This document shows, piece after piece, positions 54,614 through 64,000 of a stretch of DNA of 64,000 nt; position 1 is the first letter of the stretch, and every line of letters begins with the position of its first letter. The notes under the pieces were generated by a model, which did no database searches, was not told where the DNA came from, and worked only from the letters and a program-made list of their open reading frames with translations. Source of the DNA: Schizochytrium sp. TIO01. Lineage: Eukaryota > Protista > Bigyra: Labyrinthulomycetes. The position numbers and the translations under genes are program-made. The stretch is from positions 434,001-498,000 of the forward strand of contig SMSO01000004.1 of the NCBI GenBank assembly GCA_004764695.1. Reading direction: 5' to 3'.

Positions 54614-57600
54614 ATGGGCTTGGATGATGACCGCCTGACTAACGATGGCGGGAGGGTGAGGAAGTCTCGAAGCGGCGGCGAAGACGAACATTCGTCCTCA
54701 AAGCATTCAAAGCGAGACAAAAAGCACAAAAAAAAGCACAAAAGGAAGCATAAAAGCAAGCATAAGAGATCATCTCGGTCCCGATCCAGGTCGCGGTCGC
54801 CTGATGATTCGTCTTCACGACACCGCCAGCATCGCCGCAAACGAAGCAGACGTTCGAGATCAAGGTCCAACTCTAGGTCATCGAGGTCTTCTTCGGAATC
54901 ATCAAGGTCGAGATCAAGGTCAAGATCTTTGGATAACAGGCGGTATGGTCGAGACCAGTCTTCGAAGAGGCCTAGGTCAAGATCGCCCTCGCCTAGAAAA
55001 GAGTCTCGCGATGAAGCTAAAGATTCAAGAACAGATCTTAAGAGACAGTACAATAATGCAGGAACTGTTGAGCATACCTCAAGGCCAAATGAACTGGAAA
55101 ATCCCTCGACTAGAGATCATCAAAGCTCTGTACAAAGCTCTGCGTCTTCAGATTTGCGGCCTGCTCGTAGAAGTAGGTTTTCTGACGCTCCACCCAGTGT
55201 GGAAAGTGCTATCGAGAACCTGAAGGCTCCTGCATTAGCGCAAACGACGCAGCCTTCATCGAGTTCAAGCTCTGTGGGTGATAGGCATGCGGAGGTTCCT
55301 GATGATCAAGGTGAAGATGACAAGATGAGACGTAGGCGAGAGCGGCTGCAGCGTTGGAAAGAAGAGCAGGAGCGCAAACGTTTAGATGAAGAGACACTTA
55401 AGCAAGAAGAAAACTCCAAGTCACAGTCTGCTGATGACTCAGCAGCTAAAGTACCGGCAATTACTCTTAAATTGAAGATTCCGCTCCGAGGCACCAAAAA
55501 GCGCGGCCTGAAACAACGCGGTGGAAACATGGCAGCTCCAGATGTCCAAGAATCAGAAAATGATGCATTTGGAGCAGACGAAGGGTTCTCCACGGGGTTC
55601 CTTCTTCCGGGTTCTGCTGGCTCCAACGAGCGTGCTTTGTCTGGTTCTCGACCCGCATTTATGGCTCGAGCTCAGGCTCAAGTCGAGTCAAATGCAGAAA
55701 ACGCCGAAGAGGATGAAGACCGGGATGATATGGACAACGGGCAAGATGCCCAAGGTGACGATGACCCACTGGATGCTTTTATGGCACAGCTTGAACCCGG
55801 TCCTAGTGCTACTAATACTGCCCAAGAAGGAGCAGGGGAAGGAACCTCTAACCAAAGCAATATTGACGCTGCCAAACCTGTCCAATCCTCTTTCAATCAG
55901 GTCATTTCTTTTGAGGAAATTATGAAGAACGTTGGTAAGCAAAAGTCAGATACCAAGCAACTTGTTGAAACAGAAAAGCCAAACACGTTGGCGAACGAGG
56001 TTTCCGATTCTGGGAGTACAAACAAAGATACTGCTGCAGCGAACGAAGATGACTCTAGTTTCCATGCAGCATTTCTTGAAGCGGCCCGGAAACTGCGCAA
56101 TGCACAGGATGCAACACCATCTAGTACTTTTCAAAATGGGGTTTTTGCAAATGGTCAAGCCGAGCTGCTCAAGCCTGAAGCTGAGCTAGGACGTGGAGAA
56201 GAAGAAGAAGACGGGATAGGAATTATGGGTGAAGATGATACAGAGCAAGATGCAATTCTTGCAGAGCTTGAACAGCCTACAATTTCTGCGATCGATTTAT
56301 TGAAAGAAAAGGCGAAGAAAAAGGAACTCCCTCCCGTGGACCATTCCAAAATTGATTATCAACCTTTTACGAAGAACTTTTATGTGGAGGCACCATCCAT
56401 TCAGGCCATGTCAAAACCTCTTGTGGAACTGATCCGCAAAGATCTCGAAATTACTGTTCGAGGAGCGCGCCCCTTTCCCAAACCTATTGAGGAGTGGTCG
56501 CAATGTGGTCTCAACGATCGCATTATGAATGTTCTGATGCGACGGGGCTGGAATGTTCCATTTGCTATTCAGCGTCAAGCCGTACCTGCGATCATGGGTG
56601 GGCGAGATGTCATTGCAGTCGCCAAAACCGGCAGTGGAAAAACCTTGGCTTTTGTTGTGCCGATGTTGCGTCACGTTTTGGATCAACGCCCTCTGGAGCA
56701 AGGTGATGGCCCCATCGCGTTGATTATGGCACCTGCCCGTGAACTTGCTGTCCAAATCAACGAAGAGGTAAAGAAGTTTGCGAAGGCATGCCAGATCGAG
56801 TCGCTCTGTTGTTATGGTGGAGTTAGCCTGAAGGAACAAATTTCTTCAATTAAACGAGGTGTCGAGGTTCTTGTTGCCACTCCTGGGCGCCTCATTGACC
56901 TTTTAACGGCAAACAATGGGCGGCTGTTATCTTTGCAGCGGGTAACGTTTTTGGTCTTAGATGAGGCTGATCGCATGTTTGACATGGGCTTTGAACCCCA
57001 GATCATGAAGGTGATTCGCAACACGCGTCCAGATAGACAAATTGTCATGTTCTCAGCTACATTTCCGCCACTTGTGGAAAAGGTTGCTTCTGAGGTTTTG
57101 AAGGAGAAACCAACCATCATTGTTGTGGGGGGGCGTGCCAAACCACCCTCAAACATCAAACATTTAGTTGAAGTACGTCAACCCAATGACAAATTTCAAC
57201 GTTTACTCCAAATCCTTGGTGAGTGGTATGATGAAGAACACCAGATTCTTGTTTTTGTGAAGAGCCAAGCAAGCTGTGACAAACTATTCCAACAGCTGGT
57301 AGAGATTGGCTATCAATGTTTGACATTGCATGGTGGTAAGGATCAGATTGACCGGGATAATACTGTCACGGACTTTAAGAATAAGGTTACAACCCTGATG
57401 CTTGCCACAGGTGTAGCGGCCCGTGGTCTCGATGTTGCAGATTTGCGGCTTGTCATCAACTATGACGTTCCAAACCATCTGGAGGAGCTTATTCATCGTA
57501 TTGGTCGCACAGGTCGAGCTGGAAGGCAAGGCACAGCATTTACTTTTATTGTTCCCGATGAAGCCATGTATGCACCTGATTTGGTCAAAGCCTTACGCGA

Positions 57601-58333
57601 TGCTAATCAGGAAATCCCCCCTGAAGTGCAGGCACTTTCGGACGAGTTCAAGCGCAGAATCAAAGCTGGTGAAGCAAAGTTTCGTAGCTCTGGATATAGG
57701 GGCTCAGGGTTTAAATTCACTGATGATGAGAAGACTGCAACGGCTAAACAACAAGAGCTCCTTCGTAAAGCTGAAGCAGCGCAGATGGGTATTGAAGGTG
57801 GAGATGCCGGGGATGATGCCGATGTTTCCGAAAGCATACCGCTCTCTGAGGAGGCTGCAAAGCATGATGAATCAATCGCTCGAGCCCAACGCTTAGAGGA
57901 TAAGTTTGCTTCGGCCTCTAGTTCAAGTTCCCAAGGCGGAGCAGGTGCGACGTCAACGGAACGTGATGATGCTGAGTCTAACCGCATCAAGGCCGGGGTC
58001 ATGGCAGCGATTGAGCGTGCAAAGGATTCGTCGTCTCAATCTACAGAATTTTTGATTATCAACGATTACCCAACCAAGGTTCGTTGGAAGATGACACACA
58101 AGGACACATTGAATGCGGTCACTGATAAGACTGGCGCAGGAGTGACAGTGAAGGGCCAGTATTGTCCTCCAGGCCAGCAGTCCAAGGAGCCTCCTCTATT
58201 TCTGTTAGTTGAAGGTGCCTCAGAGTACGATGTTACACGTGCTGCTGCAGAGCTTAAGCGTATCCTTGAAGAAGCAACTCGTGCAGTTGCTGCGCTCCCC
58301 ATAAATTCATCCACTCGCTACACGGTGCTTTAA
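54614..58333 (+). CDS. DDX46: DEAD-box RNA helicase Prp5/DDX46 (pre-mRNA splicing)
   Basis: RS-rich N-terminus; [51 protein letters not shown]; C-terminal INDYP..RWK KH-like domain. Confidence 0.95.
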   Translation: MGLDDDRLTNDGGRVRKSRSGGEDEHSSSKHSKRDKKHKKKHKRKHKSKHKRSSRSRSRSRSPDDSSSRHRQHRRKRSRRSRSRSNSRSSRSSSESSRSRSRSRSLDNRRYGRDQSSKRPRSRSPSPRKESRDEAKDSRTDLKRQYNNAGTVEHTSRPNELENPSTRDHQSSVQSSASSDLRPARRSRFSDAPPSVESAIENLKAPALAQTTQPSSSSSSVGDRHAEVPDDQGEDDKMRRRRERLQRWKEEQERKRLDEETLKQEENSKSQSADDSAAKVPAITLKLKIPLRGTKKRGLKQRGGNMAAPDVQESENDAFGADEGFSTGFLLPGSAGSNERALSGSRPAFMARAQAQVESNAENAEEDEDRDDMDNGQDAQGDDDPLDAFMAQLEPGPSATNTAQEGAGEGTSNQSNIDAAKPVQSSFNQVISFEEIMKNVGKQKSDTKQLVETEKPNTLANEVSDSGSTNKDTAAANEDDSSFHAAFLEAARKLRNAQDATPSSTFQNGVFANGQAELLKPEAELGRGEEEEDGIGIMGEDDTEQDAILAELEQPTISAIDLLKEKAKKKELPPVDHSKIDYQPFTKNFYVEAPSIQAMSKPLVELIRKDLEITVRGARPFPKPIEEWSQCGLNDRIMNVLMRRGWNVPFAIQRQAVPAIMGGRDVIAVAKTGSGKTLAFVVPMLRHVLDQRPLEQGDGPIALIMAPARELAVQINEEVKKFAKACQIESLCCYGGVSLKEQISSIKRGVEVLVATPGRLIDLLTANNGRLLSLQRVTFLVLDEADRMFDMGFEPQIMKVIRNTRPDRQIVMFSATFPPLVEKVASEVLKEKPTIIVVGGRAKPPSNIKHLVEVRQPNDKFQRLLQILGEWYDEEHQILVFVKSQASCDKLFQQLVEIGYQCLTLHGGKDQIDRDNTVTDFKNKVTTLMLATGVAARGLDVADLRLVINYDVPNHLEELIHRIGRTGRAGRQGTAFTFIVPDEAMYAPDLVKALRDANQEIPPEVQALSDEFKRRIKAGEAKFRSSGYRGSGFKFTDDEKTATAKQQELLRKAEAAQMGIEGGDAGDDADVSESIPLSEEAAKHDESIARAQRLEDKFASASSSSSQGGAGATSTERDDAESNRIKAGVMAAIERAKDSSSQSTEFLIINDYPTKVRWKMTHKDTLNAVTDKTGAGVTVKGQYCPPGQQSKEPPLFLLVEGASEYDVTRAAAELKRILEEATRAVAALPINSSTRYTVL

Positions 58334-59662
58334 TGATTGAATTGTTTTTTAGTCTTTTTAATTTTCAACTTCGGAGCTGGACCTAGTGCGCCTTCTCTCC
58401 CTTTCTTGCTTGGGTCTCGAGGAACTTACGGATTTCATTTGCGACGGGGAATCCGCGAAACCTCCTTTCATTTATCACTATTCATTTTTATTTTCAAGTA
58501 TGTGAACATGCACTGCGCACAGAGTATTGCGAAGCATTAGCCACCCCGGCACCAATATGAGTTCCGTGTTCATAATAAGTGCATTGTGCGCTGGGAGAGA
58601 TTGCATTGCTTATAAACATCACAACGGCATGTTAATTATAATCTTTAATAATCTAAAGTTGAACTGTCCGATTGCAATTTCTTTCATACTTCTTTATGTG
58701 GAATGGAGGTGCGTGTCGCTATCATCGAATAGAGGAGGCAAGCTCTCGCCTTAAAAGGTACGTACGTATTCGTCGCGGCGAGTTGAATTAGTCGGCTCCT
58801 AAGCACGAGAATGACTCTGTTTCTTCACAAATCGTTAGGTTTGGATTCTCCCCATATTTTGCAAGCAGAACTTATTTAAACCTTTACCTTGAATATTATC
58901 CATGTAAATTCATGCAATCTGGCTGAGCTTTTGATATTCATGCAGTGCTAGATGAGGAGTTGAGCTTACGATCAAACATCCACGCCACTCGAGATCCCCA
59001 TAGCCTCTATCTACTATTGTAGTCTGATGATAGGAGGGAATGGTCTGACTAAGCTGGAAGAAGCCTAAAAGAGATACGGAGTCCGTCTTTGTAAGTTTCT
59101 TTGGCGCCTCGCAACACTTTGGCACACTCTGCAACAAAGTGACAATGCTCCACTGATTCTTTTAGTATCGACTGCAGAAGCATCTCGCACGAAAAACTTT
59201 ACCACCAAGATGAGAAAGCGCGCAGAAAGCTAGCTAGCTAGCTCTAGGACGATGATTTTATGTGCTTCAAGTTGGTCGATGGTTGCACGCTGCTCCCACT
59301 ATCTTTTCCTATCCAACTTCCTTTTTTCAGTTAGTACCTGATAAGTAGTAGTGGTAGTAGAAAAGCTCACGCGCACAACAACAGAGCATCAGTCGATGCG
59401 ACTATAGTTCCAGTTAGGTATCTGTTAACGAAGGTAAATGAGTTGGTCAAACAATTCCTAAACATAGGTACGAGCAAGAGTTGTCGAATCGAAGCTCTCG
59501 TGCCCTTTCTCATCGGTGACGAGGCAAAAGCAAGGCTTTGAAGACAGCTTTTGGGCTTGCACTTAAGCTCAAAATTCGTTCTTGAATATACGAGCATTGA
59601 TTCTAGTGGCAAGTAACCTCAGTAGGGAAAGTTTGCTGCCAATACACCAAAGGCAAGGCAAG

Positions 59663-60438
59663 ATGCTGGCTCGTGCAGTGCTCATGAACGCCTCAAAGGC
59701 CGGCACCGGGTTTAACAATGTGGTTGGTGTGAGCGGAGGTTACTCTCGGATTGGTGGTTTCGCGATTAGATCTTTGTCGACAAAGGTGCCAGAGGAGGTG
59801 CCTGATAAATCGCATATAGTGTTGCAGGATGGCGAAGAGTACCGTGTTCCTGCAACGGAGGAGGTTCTGGAAATGCCACGCAAGTTTCGCCAACTGAGCA
59901 ACGAAAGCATCTTTGAACTCTCAATTCATGGAAAACATGGGGCCACTCGTGAACGTCTTGTTCGTGAAATCATGCGTGTTGACAACTGCTCCTGGGTTGC
60001 GGCACGTGACAAGGTGCGTGAGATGAACGAGACCAATGACCAATTCCGCTTTGTAGCACAGGTTCCATACTACGTTGGCGTTTCCAGTGCATTTTTGGGG
60101 GGGTTCGCTTCGTTACCACTTGTCTTCCACAAGGGCACTGTGATTTGGTTTGCTGAGAACATTGTCAAGATGGACCCTGCTGATATTCCTGTTGAAGAAA
60201 TGACCAGCTGGTGGACTGTTGGGTCCTTCTCGTGGTCCTACATGGAGCCTTTGCTTGGCACCCTTTCCTTTGTTCTTCTGGCTGCCCAGTTCATGCGAAA
60301 CAATATGCAGCACTTGGAGTTCCACCCCTACTCGTCAAAATTAACTCAATGCGTGGAAACCGTCTGTGCAAACTTTACCCTAAGTATGATGAAAACATCG
60401 TCCGTGAGTTTGCAATTACAGATTCCTGGAACAGATAA
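59663..60438 (+). CDS. Putative mitochondrial inner-membrane protein of unknown function; apparent 1-nt frameshift at ~60337
   Basis: Transit-peptide-like MLARAVLM...IRSLST and two hydrophobic segments. One extra A in the A4 run at 60337-60340 gives a natural ending SKINSMRGNRLCKLYPKYDENIVREFAITDSWNR*. Confidence 0.75.
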
Positions 60439-61004
60439 TTTATTTGGATTTAGTCTTTTCGTGCTCAGACTTCCTTTAATTATCAACACAGCATAAATTC
60501 TATCAAAGCAGGATACATCAAAGCCACTATTACAGAATAGAGAGATTTTCCCGCAGCTGTCGATTTTTTTTTGCAATTCTTTCGAAAGATAAAAATTAAA
60601 ACAGACAATAACTAGTTGAAGGACATGGATGATTTTGACAAAAGATCGTTGCCAACCGTAGTTATAGTAGTAACGAAGCTGGTTAAAATGCTATATTTTC
60701 ATCTATGTGTGCTTAAGAACTCTACCGTTTCTGACACAAGGAATTAAGAAGACATTGATACGAAGATAGGGGATCTTAAAGAATATTGAACTACTTTCTT
60801 TGTTAATTAGTTGGCATGTATCTGCGCGCATGGCGACATCAGAAAAATCAATTTTAATTCAAATTGTTGTTCTTGTTGTTGTTGTTGTTTAAAAAAGGAG
60901 ATAATTACTGCTGGGTTGTTGTGCCTGAACTCCTTCCTTGAGTGTAATGAACACGAGGTTATAACAAAAGACAAATCTGCGAGCAAACGATGTTCGCATC
61001 CTCA

Positions 61005-62351
<1,347 letters not shown>

Positions 62352-64000
62352 TTACGAAAGACGAAACATTTCAGGCCATCAATTTGACACAGCAATTTAG
62401 CAGAAGTTAAGAAGCAACAGGACGGTTAGTCAAATATTCTCATCATCGTCGTCATCATCAATATCATCACCGCCAATCAAATAGGCTAACTCTGTCTCTT
62501 ATTTTGTTTTTGTTTTGTTTTCTCAAGAAAAAGGTGGCCAGCAATTATTGATTGTCATCCATTAAATGGAGAAAGCCAACTACAAGGCCATTTTCTTTTA
62601 GTACATGAATTGGGCGCTCGGTAGAAGCAGTGCTTGTTAGAAGTCGCAACTAGGCGAAGACAGACTCGTCTCGGTTGTTTCGTATCACTGGGGCTGAGTC
62701 CGATACTCCAAGGAAAGCTTGCAAGTACCGGAGGAAATGCTGCACGTTTGACTCTTATTGCCCCAATAATATCCCATATGAGCTAGAGTTGCTCAGTCCT
62801 AGCTTGCTGAACAGGGCACAATGAATGCCAAACCCATTGTTCGGGTGTTGCAAGGAACACCCTCAGTATACATACAAGAAAACCCCTCGCTATCCAATAA
62901 ACTCTACAGCATAGTGGCCACCTTCATTCTTTTTGGCTGCCACGTGCATACATAAAAAAAGATACACTTCTAACCTAGGAAAAGAGTATCTTAGAAAATA
63001 TATCATAAGAGACAAGAGCTTGCACACGGCGTTTTAAATCAGTGAGGTGAAACACGTTTTGGTCCATGACGAAACATTTTGGTTCGAAAAGGAAGGAGTT
63101 GGGAACGGAAGAACTCCTACAACTAGAAGTAGTAGAAAAAGTAGAAGAGGAGGATGGAAGCCAACAGTGGGCTACAAAACACAAGCGTGATTTAAAAAAA
63201 AGGGGGAAGCAAAGCATAACATTCAACCGTAAAAAAGAAAAAATAATCATGTATCCTTTTTGCTACAGTGCTAAAAGCGCTTCAAGCACCGGGAGGGTAC
63301 ACCATCATTTTACGGTCAAAGATGGGGGTAATGGAGAAGGGGGCACTCACTGAATATTCAGGATGGCCTCTCAGTCCCTCTACTTCTTACGATTTTATAC
63401 TTATGCAGACGATGACATTTGACGTTAGCAAACATAGACACAATGGCTCTGTTGATGATACGATACAATGTATACTTCATAGACATGTAGCCTCTAAGGT
63501 ATGCCGAACAGATCAACTGAGCAGCCACTTGTCTCTATGTTTACTCCCGAGAACGGTCAAGGTCATCACAAACATGAACCGAGAGTTCCACTAATCCCAC
63601 TTGATAAGATTTACTTTCCTCTCTTTTCCGTGTCCCTTTGGACATTGACTCCAAAAAGGTGACAATACGTCAATCAATACTCAAGCTCTTTCTGCAGGCC
63701 ATTTTCTAAGATGCCTAGAGCAATCAGATTCTTTGATCGGAGGGCTAAACTTAAACCATTCCTTCAATTGGCAGTTCGTCGGTAGGTGTGCACGAAGTTA
63801 AGCCTCAAATACAGCAGGATTTGCATCATATCAATCATAGGTTATGTTATTGTTTTCCTTCCTCATGACCAGCCCGTTGCTTGGAAAGCAAGGGAGTAGT
63901 CCAGCAGTTTCCCAACACGGTTTCACTTCCGTTTCGCTCCAATCAGATTGTCGTTCTTTGTCCCTGTATTTCTACACTAATCAAAACATGTTCAATCATT

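Noticed and set aside
62371-62470. C/D-box snoRNA in the DBP2 intron (GTGATGA...CTGA on minus strand)
   Set aside because: The C-box lies in a (GAT)n simple repeat, the candidate overlaps the branch point, and there is no terminal stem.

Overview
Eukaryotic protist DNA: intron-poor genes separated by long spacers rich in (GAAA)n, (GATT)n, (GCAG)n and (CATG)n microsatellites. The gene set and style suggest a thraustochytrid/labyrinthulomycete stramenopile (inference). Host genes: a repeat-rich two-TM surface protein with GLG1-like Cys repeats, a PDZ-containing kinesin-14, a hybrid histidine kinase, a LEKR1-like coiled-coil protein, a G-alpha subunit, a class C (GABA-B-like) GPCR, a TspO-like membrane protein, DDX46/PRP5, a mitochondrial membrane protein and the 3' exon of DBP2/DDX5. 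The main anomaly is an ~11.5 kb foreign-looking island (4617-16101) bracketed by two near-identical 207-bp direct repeats (4410-4616 and 16102-16308, 3 mismatches), which appear to be a duplicated piece of a decayed reading frame, i.e. an unusually long target duplication. The island has no recognisable integrase, transposase or reverse transcriptase. It carries about nine tightly packed genes: a degenerate Fic-like protein, a disrupted antirepressor-like DNA-binding gene, a PD-(D/E)xK nuclease fused to a pseudokinase, a Cys-rich Zn-finger protein and several ORFans. It also contains palindrome-rich 96-bp and 23-bp tandem arrays and shared intergenic motifs. It looks like an integrated virus- or episome-derived cargo module. 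Two host genes have single-base homopolymer frameshifts, so some frameshifts in this assembly may be sequencing errors.
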